This document shows, piece by piece, positions 8,712 to 18,025 of a stretch of 42,362 nucleotides of DNA; position 1 is the stretch's first letter; every line of letters begins with the position of its first letter. A program made the position numbers and the translations under genes. The notes beneath the pieces are model-generated. The model was not told the origin of the DNA. It made no database searches and saw nothing but the letters and a program-made list of their open reading frames with translations. The DNA is taken from the IMG/VR virus record IMGVR_UViG_3300014208_000071, positions 1 through 42,362 of that record; one strand, written 5' to 3'. Source of the DNA: a virus (Duplodnaviria; Caudoviricetes).

Positions 8712-8921
8712 ATGACACTAATAATCGCATCAACAACAAATCGAAAATATGGTGATGTTTTTGTTGGGTATAAAAATAGAGATGAAGATTTTGTAAAACA
8801 AGGTTTCTATAAGATGCAAGGGGAAGATATAGATGACCTTAGTATGTTTATCCCGTCTGGTTGCACTTGCATTCATTATGCAGATGAAGATGTAAAAAAC
8901 AATGTAGAACCTAATTTATAA
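8712..8921 (+). CDS. hypothetical protein
   Basis: Packed ORF. Confidence 0.55.
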   Translation: MTLIIASTTNRKYGDVFVGYKNRDEDFVKQGFYKMQGEDIDDLSMFIPSGCTCIHYADEDVKNNVEPNL

Positions 8922-8933
8922 ATCAACCACCCA

Positions 8934-9395
8934 ATGACAACAACCAAAGATCCTGACGCTAATCAGGAAGGAATGACAGCACAACCAGTAAGATGCTGTT
9001 ATTGCGGAGAAGAATGTAACCCATCCTATCATACCGATTGGGGAATAGTATGTGGGAAGCATTGCCTGACAAATCCATTCACAGCAGACCAACCCCAACC
9101 AATGACGGCAATGACGGCAATGACGGCAGAAGAATATTATGCAAGTGAATACGGCAAAGAGCATATTCAATCTGTGATGATGATGCAGGATTATGTTTCA
9201 CTACTTGCGCTAATTGACGAATTTGCATCCCAACAGGTAGCCCTTGCCGTAGCCGACAGAGATCGGGAGTGGGAAGATCGAATACGTGATGATATAAGAG
9301 CATTGCAGACCAGTAACGAAAAACAATGCGCAGGTACACTCGCCTGTATTTGTAACGATTGGGCTATTAGAAAACTTGAATCCCTCCTCCAATGA
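8934..9395 (+). CDS. mosaic hypothetical protein with N-terminal Cys cluster
   Basis: CCYC...CGKHC; internal 3 x AATGACGGC repeat (MTAMTAMTA) at about 9101-9127. Confidence 0.6.
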   Translation: MTTTKDPDANQEGMTAQPVRCCYCGEECNPSYHTDWGIVCGKHCLTNPFTADQPQPMTAMTAMTAEEYYASEYGKEHIQSVMMMQDYVSLLALIDEFASQQVALAVADRDREWEDRIRDDIRALQTSNEKQCAGTLACICNDWAIRKLESLLQ

Positions 9396-9667
9396 AAACC
9401 AACTTACAAATTCTCGAAAATACACTTGGCTGGCCTGATGGTTCATTAACCGGACATGAAAAAGACCCGATTTCTGTTCCTATTGATACTGTATTATTGG
9501 CGATGAACAATGTGCAAAAAGAGTGGAGAGAGAAAATCCAGAAATTGTCAAACTATTATACATACATAAACGAAGGAGATGATGTTTGTAAAAGTGAATA
9601 CAATTATAATCTTGAAATTATTAAAGAACTCGAAAACCTACTGAATGACACCCCAACAACTCACTAA
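9392..9667 (+). CDS. hypothetical protein
   Basis: Packed ORF. Confidence 0.6.
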   Translation: MKTNLQILENTLGWPDGSLTGHEKDPISVPIDTVLLAMNNVQKEWREKIQKLSNYYTYINEGDDVCKSEYNYNLEIIKELENLLNDTPTTH

Positions 9668-9842
9668 ATTTGCCCTCGACTTCCACGGATGGTACACGGG
9701 CAAAGAGAAATCAGACCTGAAACCATGCCTTGAAAACGTTGAAATATTTGCTGAAAGGTGGATGAAACAGAATCCAGTAATATCAATGCCGGGATTCTCA
9801 GCAGACCTTAATAATAGTAAAATTGATTTCATCAAAATATGA
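9645..9842 (+). CDS. hypothetical protein
   Basis: Packed ORF. Confidence 0.55.
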   Translation: MTPQQLTKFALDFHGWYTGKEKSDLKPCLENVEIFAERWMKQNPVISMPGFSADLNNSKIDFIKI

Positions 9843-9933
9843 AAAAGCACAACGGATTTATCTTTGTAGTCGTCGGGCTACTGATCGAATTACTACTTAT
9901 TGTACCCGTAATCTTAACTGGAGGACAGTAAAA

Positions 9934-10377
9934 ATGAAATGGATTGTATTTTGGGTTGTTGTGACCTTTACGTCACTGCCCCACACGCAAAAGCCGGATG
10001 AATTTGGCAGAAGTAACATAACCTTTAACCAGACCGCAGATTTGCGGGTACGCGCGTTAAAAGACACCCTGCAACGGGAATTTAAAACCAGAGATTCAGC
10101 AGTTGCCTTTATGGAACGTGCGTTAGCCGGTGAAAGGCAGAAAATGAACCTAACCATGACTTCCTATGTTGATACCGCTTGGATGGTTAGTCCAGTTACG
10201 GCAATAGCAGATGGGGTTGATACAAAGGGATTGACCAGTAGCCGATTCGCTATACTCGGAACGGACGCATATATTTTTACCGCCCCGCCCGTATCTGACA
10301 GGGCGACAATTTACCTGACCAATAAAAGGAAACTAGTTATTTCAGGCGGGGTTGACACGGTTGTCATTGAAGGTTGA
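9934..10377 (+). CDS. hypothetical protein with hydrophobic N-terminus
   Basis: MKWIVFWVVVTF...; the upstream part of ORF 9823 is better explained by a 30-aa membrane ORF at 9839..9931. Confidence 0.55.
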   Translation: MKWIVFWVVVTFTSLPHTQKPDEFGRSNITFNQTADLRVRALKDTLQREFKTRDSAVAFMERALAGERQKMNLTMTSYVDTAWMVSPVTAIADGVDTKGLTSSRFAILGTDAYIFTAPPVSDRATIYLTNKRKLVISGGVDTVVIEG

Positions 10378-10439
10378 ACTTGGATGGGACGCAGAACATA
10401 AACAGAACGAGAAATGAAAACAAAAAATAAGGAGTACAA

Positions 10440-10775
10440 ATGAGTTTAGATGTTTACTTAACGGACCCAATGTTAACCTATCCAACGGAAAATTTGTATT
10501 GGGCAAACATTACGCACAATCTTGGGAAAATGACAGAAGAGGCAGGGATTTACTATGCGCTTTGGCGACCCGAAGAGATCGGAAAAACAAAAGCCGGTGA
10601 AATTATCGAACTACTTGAGAATGGATTGCGTGACCTGAAAGAAAGACCCGCATATTTTGAGCAGTTTAACGCTTCGAATGGATGGGGTTTATACAAACAC
10701 TTTGTGCCTTTCGTTGAGAAATATTTGGAAGCCTGCAAAGCATATCCCGAAGCAATTATCAATGTAAGTAGATAA
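10440..10775 (+). CDS. conserved phage hypothetical protein
   Basis: MSLDVYL...NITHNLGKM...NGWG.Y motif pattern. Confidence 0.8.
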   Translation: MSLDVYLTDPMLTYPTENLYWANITHNLGKMTEEAGIYYALWRPEEIGKTKAGEIIELLENGLRDLKERPAYFEQFNASNGWGLYKHFVPFVEKYLEACKAYPEAIINVSR

Positions 10776-10779
10776 CACA

Positions 10780-10962
10780 ATGAAACTCCTCATCCTCTTC
10801 CACTTTTTCGCCTGGTTCTTTATCTTTACGCTTTGCGTAAGACTGACCGATACGTTGTACTACTCGCTTTATTTCCGAAAACTACCAAAGGAAAAGCAAG
10901 AGCAGATTATGAATTGGTTAGACAATAAATCTAAAAAACCTACTTATGAAAACAGTATTTGA
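10780..10962 (+). CDS. small membrane protein
   Basis: N-terminal hydrophobic helix. Confidence 0.55.
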   Translation: MKLLILFHFFAWFFIFTLCVRLTDTLYYSLYFRKLPKEKQEQIMNWLDNKSKKPTYENSI

Positions 10963-11704
10963 AATAACACGCTGGGATGATCCTAATCTAATTGCTAAAT
11001 ACTTCCGAGCAAGATTAGATTGGATGCCTTACGGTGGTATGGGTAAAAGTTACCCTTACAATTGGCTTGAAGGTAATCCTATGGATTTGTCTAAACACAA
11101 AGTAAATCATAAAGAAATAATGGATATTTTTTGGGTTATGGCGCCCAGTTTTTATCCTATGAAATTAACAGAGGAATATTTTAGTTTATATTCTATTCCT
11201 ATTCCTCCAACAGATTTCAACGGAAGTATCCTAACCCACGTTAGCAACTGCCTTGTAGGAAATTTCAACATACAAGAAGGTAAACTTACAATTGAAGCAG
11301 AACTATCAGGAGATGAAAACGTAGTAGAAGCCTTATGGGGATTATCAACTACCCGCTACGTTAAGAACGGAGAATTGATTATACCGGAACAGGATTGGTT
11401 TGAAACTAATACTCCTGGACATATAGGAGAAATGAGCACTTCAGTTATAACTAGCTATGCCCCGTATAAAGCGAAACAAGTGGCTAAAATCCCAATATCT
11501 CCCTTCGTAGGTAAAAGAGTACCCTACCTGATAGATATTGGGCGAAACACCATTGTAACTAACTTTAACGGGGGATTCCGGCAACGCAGAGTTGTTAAGA
11601 ATCTACCGATCTACCCAATACTTTGGAATCAGGTAGGTAGTCACCAACTTGGACCAAAAGAGATTGTTATTACAAAGATATTTTCCGTAAAATTAGAGGT
11701 GTAA
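10946..11704 (+). CDS. hypothetical protein
   Basis: 252-aa ORF, no family recognised. Confidence 0.75.
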   Translation: MKTVFEITRWDDPNLIAKYFRARLDWMPYGGMGKSYPYNWLEGNPMDLSKHKVNHKEIMDIFWVMAPSFYPMKLTEEYFSLYSIPIPPTDFNGSILTHVSNCLVGNFNIQEGKLTIEAELSGDENVVEALWGLSTTRYVKNGELIIPEQDWFETNTPGHIGEMSTSVITSYAPYKAKQVAKIPISPFVGKRVPYLIDIGRNTIVTNFNGGFRQRRVVKNLPIYPILWNQVGSHQLGPKEIVITKIFSVKLEV

Positions 11705-11783
11705 AATGATTTAAAGAAATTAACTATGAAATTTTTTTATTTCGATTTTTCGATCTATTTTTACTTCTCCGTTGATATATTTA

Positions 11784-11882
11784 CGTGGCCGTCAAATATA
11801 AAGCACTTTTGCATAGGTTTATTTTATGGGTTTGAAGGAAGTAAGTGAGGCCACGCACCGAAACCTTCAAACCTTCTTTTTT
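11784..11882 (+). promoter_or_regulatory. structured leader/attenuator upstream of the replication initiator
   Basis: Stem GGTTTGAAGG (11829-38)/CCTTCAAACC (11864-73) followed by a T-tract; loop GGCCACG (11849-55) is complementary to CGTGGCC (11784-90). Confidence 0.5.
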
Positions 11883-11900
11883 CTCTAATTCTATGAAAAT

Positions 11901-12743
11901 ATGATACGAATAAAACAAGAACCAGAATTTAATGAAAATTTCGCTTTAGAAATATTTTCATCTGAATCATACCTTACAGTAAATAAATCCTTGTTAAGAC
12001 ATTATGGCCCTGATATAACTATATTTTTATCTAATTTGATAGATAAGTATAAATATTTTTTATCCCAGGAAATGACTGAAGAAGGATGGTTTTATATACT
12101 TCATCAACAACAAATGGAAGATACGGGTCTTACATTATTTAAACTTCAAACCTGTAAATCTACCTTGATTCAAGATGGAGTTTTAGAAACTAAACGTAAA
12201 GGCGTTCCTTCCAAAGAATGGTATCATTTAAACTTAAATATCCTTTTGAAGCTTACCCACCCCAGAGCTAGCTCTCGGAAAACCCCAGAGCTAGCCGTTG
12301 GGTTTTCCGAGGGCATATATATAAGGAATAATAAACCTAAAGAAGAAAACAATAATAAACCTAAGAATAATACTCTCTCTGACCCAACGGCTGGATACTT
12401 AAAATATCTACCACTAGCAAACCAATTGTACGATATAATTTTAATTAAAAAGAAAATCCACCTTTCTCCAAAAATAATAGAAGGGTGGGCTAAAGAATTT
12501 TGTCAATTAATTGAAAAGAACCAAGTTTCCATTTCAAGGGTTCAGGAAGCCTTATCTTGGTATGAAATAAATATAGAGGAAGAATTTACCCCAGTGATTG
12601 AATCCGGAAAATCTTTTCGTGAAAAATTTATAAAATTAGAGGATGCTATAAAAAGGAAAAAATATCCTTCCCAATCAAATAAACCCGTTACAGGGTATCG
12701 TGAAAAAGGAAAAGTATATCGGGAAGCCGATCAAGAAATCTAA
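11901..12743 (+). CDS. replication initiator (wHTH, replisome-organiser type)
   Basis: EEGWFY...EDTGLT...L...GVLETKRKGVPSKEWY wHTH; low-complexity linker; C-terminal SGKSFREKF; lies directly upstream of DnaC and DnaB. Confidence 0.75.
   Translation: MIRIKQEPEFNENFALEIFSSESYLTVNKSLLRHYGPDITIFLSNLIDKYKYFLSQEMTEEGWFYILHQQQMEDTGLTLFKLQTCKSTLIQDGVLETKRKGVPSKEWYHLNLNILLKLTHPRASSRKTPELAVGFSEGIYIRNNKPKEENNNKPKNNTLSDPTAGYLKYLPLANQLYDIILIKKKIHLSPKIIEGWAKEFCQLIEKNQVSISRVQEALSWYEINIEEEFTPVIESGKSFREKFIKLEDAIKRKKYPSQSNKPVTGYREKGKVYREADQEI
12259..12392. repeat. iteron-like repeats, candidate replication origin
   Basis: ACCCCAGAGCTAGC at 12259 and 12282; inverted repeat 12271-85/12300-14; AATAATAAACCTAA twice; AGCCGTTGGGT (12293) inverted at 12382. 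Confidence 0.55.
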
Positions 12744-12746
12744 ACC

Positions 12747-13319
12747 ATGAGAACCGAAGAAGAATGGTTGAAACGCAACCTGAAACATTATCTGGATTTA
12801 TTACCTCCAAGAATAAATCGAGATTTACAAACTCTACCTACTCCAAAAGATTTACCCAGTTTCATAGAATCCACTTTTCTTTATGGGGATACCGGAACTG
12901 GAAAAACGATCTATACTTGTTTCATGTTATTGGAAGAACAAAAACAAATATATCTAAATGGAGGCCCAAGGGATGAAACTGAAAAATGTGCTTTTATTAC
13001 TATGCCTGAACTAATCAATAAAATTAAATCCTCTTACGATCCAAACTCTAGACCTACAGAACAGGAAATTTTAAATTACTATTGCAACCTCCACTTATTA
13101 GTTTTAGATGATTTCGGAACGAGCAAACCTACTGATTGGATTTTACATATTTTATATTCCATAATCAATCATCGCTATGACTATTTGAAAAAGACAATTA
13201 TAACTTCCAATTTATCTTTACAAGAGATTGCTCTCATACTAGGGGATGATCGTATCACTTCTAGAATTGAAAGAAGTTACAAAATAATTCGCAAACTACC
13301 CTATGGACGAATTCATTGA
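12747..13319 (+). CDS. DnaC/IstB-like AAA+ helicase loader
   Basis: GDTGTGKT, LVLDDFG, TIITSN and DRITSRI motifs. Confidence 0.9.
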   Translation: MRTEEEWLKRNLKHYLDLLPPRINRDLQTLPTPKDLPSFIESTFLYGDTGTGKTIYTCFMLLEEQKQIYLNGGPRDETEKCAFITMPELINKIKSSYDPNSRPTEQEILNYYCNLHLLVLDDFGTSKPTDWILHILYSIINHRYDYLKKTIITSNLSLQEIALILGDDRITSRIERSYKIIRKLPYGRIH

Positions 13320-14859
13320 AAGGAAAATCATAATAGGTATGGTAACCTCCACGGAGTACCTAAAACAAGTCCGGGGAATTTATCAGAACCGATTGTTGAA
13401 CTCTACCATGGCTAAAAGGATAGCGACCTGGTGCATCGAATACTTCGATAAGTATCAGGAAGCCCCTAACAAAAATCTTGAAGGTATTTACTTTTCTAAG
13501 ATGGGTTCCCTACCCAAGGACATGGCTGAGGAGATCGAACAAGAAATACTACCCAGTTTAAGTGAAGAATCTACCAAGACAGAAACCGATTTAGAATACC
13601 TCATAAACCAGACTAAATTCCACTTTGCAAGTAAACATCTAGAGATCCATACGGACAAAATAACCGATCTGCTAAAAAATGGCGATTTGGATGCCGCTAC
13701 GGCACTCGCACGATCCTTTAAAGGAATTACCCAGGAGGAGGATTTAACTTTAAATTTCGCCAGTCAAAATGCCTTACGGGCAGTCGAAAAGGCTTTCGAG
13801 GAAGCCAGTACCCCGTTAATCTACTATCCGAAGGCTTTAGGCAAGTTTTTGAACCGTCAATTAGTCCGTGGAGGCTTTGTTGCTTTTCTAGCTAGTGAAA
13901 AGAGAGGTAAAAGTTATTTGTTGATGGACATGGCTATTCGAGGGGTTCGTCAAAAGAATAAAGTAGCTTTCTTTCAAGCAGGAGATATGACAGAGGGTCA
14001 ACAGATACGAAGGTTCTGTATTCACCTAGCTAAAGCATCCGATCGGGAAGAGTATTGCGGCAAGATGTTAGAGCCTGTACCGGACTGCATGTACAATCAA
14101 TTGAACCTTTGTGAAAAGAAGGATAGGGAAAGTAACTTTGGGGTGTTTGAAGACAAATTTAATGAAAAAGATATTCGCTACTCTGTAACCTATTCGGATT
14201 TGGAAGAAGCTTTGAAAGACAATCCTGATTATGTTCCTTGTAGAAATTGTAGTGATTTTAGAAATAAGAAAGTAGGAGTGCCTTGGGTACAATGGGTAGA
14301 TGTAAAGGAACCATTAGATGCTAAACAAGCAAAACGGGTTTTTAGAAGATATTTTGTAAAGACTAATCGTCAGATAATGATGTCTTCTCATCCCAATGGA
14401 ACTTTATCTATTTCCAAGATAAAATCCCTGTTGAATGAATGGGAAATGGCACATGACTTTATTCCAGATATTATCATTGTTGATTATGCAGATTTGTTAG
14501 TATCTGAAGTAAAAGAATTTAGGCATAGTCAAAACGATATTTGGAAGGGTTTGAGAAATCTATCCCAGGAAGAACGGGGAGGCAAACAAGCCTTAGTAGT
14601 TACAGTTACCCAGGCTGATGCGGATTCTTATGATCGTAATTTACTACGGTTAAAAAACTTCAGTGAAGACAAGAGAAAGTACGGACATACCACCGGATTT
14701 TTTGGCATGAATCAAGATCCAGATGGTCGAGAAAAGAAAATAGGATTGATGCGCCTAAACGAATTAATGATACGGGAAGGAGAATGTGATACGAACAATG
14801 TAGTTTACGTTCTTCAAAATCTAAAAAGAGGTCAACCCGTGTTGGGGAGCTTTTTATAA
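13303..14859 (+). CDS. DnaB-like replicative helicase with Cys-rich insertion
   Basis: ASEKRGKS Walker A, IIVDYADL, VTVTQA and FSEDKRK motifs. Confidence 0.85.
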   Translation: MDEFIERKIIIGMVTSTEYLKQVRGIYQNRLLNSTMAKRIATWCIEYFDKYQEAPNKNLEGIYFSKMGSLPKDMAEEIEQEILPSLSEESTKTETDLEYLINQTKFHFASKHLEIHTDKITDLLKNGDLDAATALARSFKGITQEEDLTLNFASQNALRAVEKAFEEASTPLIYYPKALGKFLNRQLVRGGFVAFLASEKRGKSYLLMDMAIRGVRQKNKVAFFQAGDMTEGQQIRRFCIHLAKASDREEYCGKMLEPVPDCMYNQLNLCEKKDRESNFGVFEDKFNEKDIRYSVTYSDLEEALKDNPDYVPCRNCSDFRNKKVGVPWVQWVDVKEPLDAKQAKRVFRRYFVKTNRQIMMSSHPNGTLSISKIKSLLNEWEMAHDFIPDIIIVDYADLLVSEVKEFRHSQNDIWKGLRNLSQEERGGKQALVVTVTQADADSYDRNLLRLKNFSEDKRKYGHTTGFFGMNQDPDGREKKIGLMRLNELMIREGECDTNNVVYVLQNLKRGQPVLGSFL

Positions 14860-14880
14860 AATTTATTTTGCCTAAGGCTT

Positions 14881-14908
14881 AAATCAAGGTGTAAATTATC
14901 GTATAATA
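14881..14908 (+). promoter_or_regulatory. putative phage-sigma promoter P2
   Basis: AAATCAAGGTGTAAATTATCGTATAATA. Confidence 0.7.
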
Positions 14909-14960
14909 TACTAACTTCGACTAATTTTTCTATTTGTTTTATTACTAAATTTTTAAGTTT

Positions 14961-15608
14961 ATGAAAAGAAATGATTTAATCAAAACCGCTGAAGGTATCA
15001 TGGAAGTTATCCCGTGTGATCCGCCCATTCCATTGGATGAAGATACCGAAGATGAAGACATCTTGACGGGCATTAAAGAAGCTGCTGAGCTGATCGAGCC
15101 AGGGGATCGGGATGCTTTTGACGAAGACACTATTGAGAAACTGAAGCTGCTCAAGCTTTGGCCGTTCAAAGACGCTGTTGAAGAAAAAGCAAAACCGAAG
15201 AGGGCAGCTAAACCGGTTCCAGTTGAAGAAGGGGTAGAGGAAGAGGAAGTTGAGGAAGAAGTTGAAGAGGAGGAAGAAGCAAAACCCGCTAAGAAAGTTG
15301 TAGGTAAGCCTGTAGCAAAAGCTCCTGCTAAACCCGTTCCTGCTCCTGTTAAAAAGGAAAAACCTGCTCCCAAGGAAAAGGTTGTTAAAGCTCCCAAGGA
15401 AAAGAAAGAAGTTTATTCCAGGGTAGATGCTGTCTGTGAAGCTTTGCTGGATAGTCCGAAGTCTATTGATGTTTGGGCTAAGAATGCAGATTCCTTTATG
15501 GAAACTCATGGATGCAAAGCCAACACTAACGAAGCCAAGTTTATTATCCGGTACATTGTAAAAATGGCTCCGCACTTCGACTTTGGTGTTAAAGTTCCCT
15601 TGACCTAA
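14961..15608 (+). CDS. acidic and Lys/Pro/Ala-rich protein (possible nucleoid-associated protein)
   Basis: Glu tract followed by histone-H1-like PAKK repeats and a small C-terminal globular domain. Confidence 0.75.
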   Translation: MKRNDLIKTAEGIMEVIPCDPPIPLDEDTEDEDILTGIKEAAELIEPGDRDAFDEDTIEKLKLLKLWPFKDAVEEKAKPKRAAKPVPVEEGVEEEEVEEEVEEEEEAKPAKKVVGKPVAKAPAKPVPAPVKKEKPAPKEKVVKAPKEKKEVYSRVDAVCEALLDSPKSIDVWAKNADSFMETHGCKANTNEAKFIIRYIVKMAPHFDFGVKVPLT

Positions 15609-15622
15609 CCTTTTTTTGAAAT

Positions 15623-15690
15623 AAGCACTCCTGACAAAAATGTTCATTTCGAATATTTGATATTCTATATCTTGAGGAGTGCTTTTTTAT
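15623..15690 (+). terminator. branched stem-loop with T-tract (terminator or attenuator) before the first rSAM gene
   Basis: AAGCACTCCT (15623-32)/AGGAGTGCTT (15675-84) encloses hairpin GAATAT-TTG-ATATTC and is followed by T-rich sequence. Confidence 0.5.
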
Positions 15691-15697
15691 TTAACCT

Positions 15698-16747
15698 ATG
15701 GAAAAGCTTTTAAAGAGTTCGTTGAGCGTACGTAGTGATTCTCTCTACTGTCCGTTAGCATTATCTTTAGACAGCTACGGATCATGCTACGTAGATTGTC
15801 ATCATTGCTACCTCCGTAGACTAAACGCAGTATGGGGAAATGATTTAAAACCTCTAGACTTAATGTTGTTAGCAAGGAAATTAGAAAGTGGTCTGAAAAA
15901 CAAAAATCCTAAAACTCCTCTGGCTCATTGTCTAGCTCAAAAGAAAACGATTCGTTGGGGAAATAAATCAGACCCGTTTCAACCTGCAGAAAGAATCCAT
16001 AAATTAGCTCCTACCATTTTTAGTTTACTTTGGAAGTATGAATGGAGCTTTGTAATCCAGACCCGATTTACAGAAATTCTAATGGACTATGACAAGTACC
16101 TACGATTGAATTTCAATCTAGTTACGATTATGCCTGTAATTAGTCCAGGTTTAGAAAAAGATTGGGAAATTTTAGAAAGAGGAAAAACTACACCGATTCC
16201 AGATCGGTTTCAACATATTAAATATTGGATAGATAATGAATTTACGGTAGGGGTAAATGGAGAACCTTTCATTCCAGGATTCCATACCGTAGATGATTTT
16301 GAAAATACTTTGAAGTTATTGAAGGAATATAAAGTAAGAAGTTACAATGTATACAACTTTCACTTCAATGCTTTTGTCGCCAAGCGACTTGCTGCAATAG
16401 GAATAGATATTGAAAAAATATGGTATTACAATCAGGATGCTCAATGGAAAAAGATATTGCCAACACTGCTGAATTTATCTATAAAATATGGCATTAGACT
16501 TGGGTGTCCTGATTTTGTAAACTCTGGCCCTGATTGGATAGAGAAAGCAAATACCTGTTGCGGAGTAAATGTACCTAATCCTTGTACTTTCAATACTCAC
16601 TACTTCAAGAAGTTGAAGCAAAGAGGAAAGACGTTTGAAGAAATAATGGAACGTACCTATGACGGATCAGGTGATATTGAACAGGCTACCCAAATCATCA
16701 AAGGAGAGAAATGTGAATTTTATACTTTAAAAGACGCAGGACTGTAA
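15698..16747 (+). CDS. radical SAM protein 1 (spore photoproduct lyase-like)
   Basis: CYVDCHHC (CxxxCxxC), SDPFQPAE, EPFIPG and C-terminal CCG motifs. Confidence 0.88.
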   Translation: MEKLLKSSLSVRSDSLYCPLALSLDSYGSCYVDCHHCYLRRLNAVWGNDLKPLDLMLLARKLESGLKNKNPKTPLAHCLAQKKTIRWGNKSDPFQPAERIHKLAPTIFSLLWKYEWSFVIQTRFTEILMDYDKYLRLNFNLVTIMPVISPGLEKDWEILERGKTTPIPDRFQHIKYWIDNEFTVGVNGEPFIPGFHTVDDFENTLKLLKEYKVRSYNVYNFHFNAFVAKRLAAIGIDIEKIWYYNQDAQWKKILPTLLNLSIKYGIRLGCPDFVNSGPDWIEKANTCCGVNVPNPCTFNTHYFKKLKQRGKTFEEIMERTYDGSGDIEQATQIIKGEKCEFYTLKDAGL

Positions 16748-16748
16748 T

Positions 16749-17189
16749 ATGCAAACCTTTTTACCTTACTCAAATTTTCAAGCCAGTGCTAGAATACTGG
16801 ATAAAAAACGATGCTGGAAACAGGTCGTAGAAGCTGCTCAAATTATAAATGTACTGGAAGGTCGATCTGTTTCCTGGAGTAAGCATCCAGCAGTACAAAT
16901 GTGGCAGGGTTCTACTCTTAGCTTGAAAGAATACTTCAACGCTTTTTTAGAAGTTTGTATTGAAAAACATTCCATTAATACCAAATACGAATTTTTCGTA
17001 ATACCTGGAGAAGCTGATGATACTCCCTGGTGGCTAGGAGATCACTGTTTCCATAAAGCTATGCGAGCAAGATTGATTGAAAAGGATGAAGCCTTTTATG
17101 CTCATTTATTTATAAGCGACAAAGGATTCAACAACAACAAATATTTATGGCCAGTAATGGATGGTTCTCAAACCTTTAGAATAATATGA
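16749..17189 (+). CDS. pyrimidine-dimer DNA glycosylase/T4 endonuclease V-like protein
   Basis: MQTFLPY...LDKKR..KQ.VE..QI...HPAV.MW.G...PWWLG signature. Confidence 0.85.
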   Translation: MQTFLPYSNFQASARILDKKRCWKQVVEAAQIINVLEGRSVSWSKHPAVQMWQGSTLSLKEYFNAFLEVCIEKHSINTKYEFFVIPGEADDTPWWLGDHCFHKAMRARLIEKDEAFYAHLFISDKGFNNNKYLWPVMDGSQTFRII

Positions 17190-18013
17190 CAACTCCGGTA
17201 GAATTATATAGCGGTATTTATGTAAAGAGAGATGATCTTTGCTTCCAACCACCAGCTCCACCGTTCTCTAAATGTAGAGGAGTTTTAGATCATTTAAGAA
17301 AGTTGAAAGATTCGGGAGTGGAAACCGTAGGATATACTGAAACTGCAATTAGTATGGCGGGGTGGGGAGTAGCTTGGGCTTGTAATATATTAGATATGGT
17401 AGCAGTGATCTTTGATCCTCAGTATAAAGTTACTCCTGATGTATTAGCTTACCATAGAGAACAATGGAAACAATTTCACCCTATAATTCATCCTATTCCA
17501 GCAGGTAGAGCTAAAGTAGGTTGGTATCAAAGTAAAAAGATATTACAGGAATTTTACGATCCAAAAGGAGTTATGTTACCTTTAGGTTTACCTTTTGAAG
17601 AATCCATAGAAGCTACTGCTAAAGAAATGAGGCTTACCTTAATTCAAACTGGAATACGATTCAAGTCAATAGTATCTTGTATAGGTAGTGGAACAATGTT
17701 TGCAGGACTTTGGAGAGGAATAGAACAAGCAGGACTTTCAAAAGTAAATTTATATGGAGTATTTACCCGTACAGGAAGTATTGAACATAAAAAAGAAGTT
17801 ATTCAAAAGAAAGCGGGATTACAAACAGAAGGATTTTTGAAATCTATTGTAAATATTCATTTAATAGATCCAGGTTGGGAATATACTGAAGAATGTAAAA
17901 CTGAAGTACATTTTCCCTGTCATTCATATTATGATGCTAAGGCATGGGAGTGGTTGGTACGAAATCTACCTGATTTAAAAAAGCCTATTCTGTTCTGGAA
18001 TATCGGATCATAA
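17186..18013 (+). CDS. fold-type-II PLP-dependent enzyme (ACC deaminase/D-cysteine desulfhydrase-like, phage type)
   Basis: VKRDDL, SKCRG (PLP lysine), GSGTM phosphate loop, YDAKAW and LFWNIG motifs. Confidence 0.85.
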   Translation: MTTPVELYSGIYVKRDDLCFQPPAPPFSKCRGVLDHLRKLKDSGVETVGYTETAISMAGWGVAWACNILDMVAVIFDPQYKVTPDVLAYHREQWKQFHPIIHPIPAGRAKVGWYQSKKILQEFYDPKGVMLPLGLPFEESIEATAKEMRLTLIQTGIRFKSIVSCIGSGTMFAGLWRGIEQAGLSKVNLYGVFTRTGSIEHKKEVIQKKAGLQTEGFLKSIVNIHLIDPGWEYTEECKTEVHFPCHSYYDAKAWEWLVRNLPDLKKPILFWNIGS

Positions 18014-18025
18014 ATAATAAAAATC

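Noticed and set aside
11770-11785. Bacteroidota housekeeping promoter
   Set aside because: TATATTTA only partly matches TAnnTTTG and there is no clear -33 TTTG at the right spacing in very AT-rich DNA.
14945-15647. Long - strand ORFs 14945..15397 and 14976..15647 (also 28277..28933, 27803..28198, 5158..5376)
   Set aside because: They are antisense shadows of low-complexity or strongly biased + strand genes.
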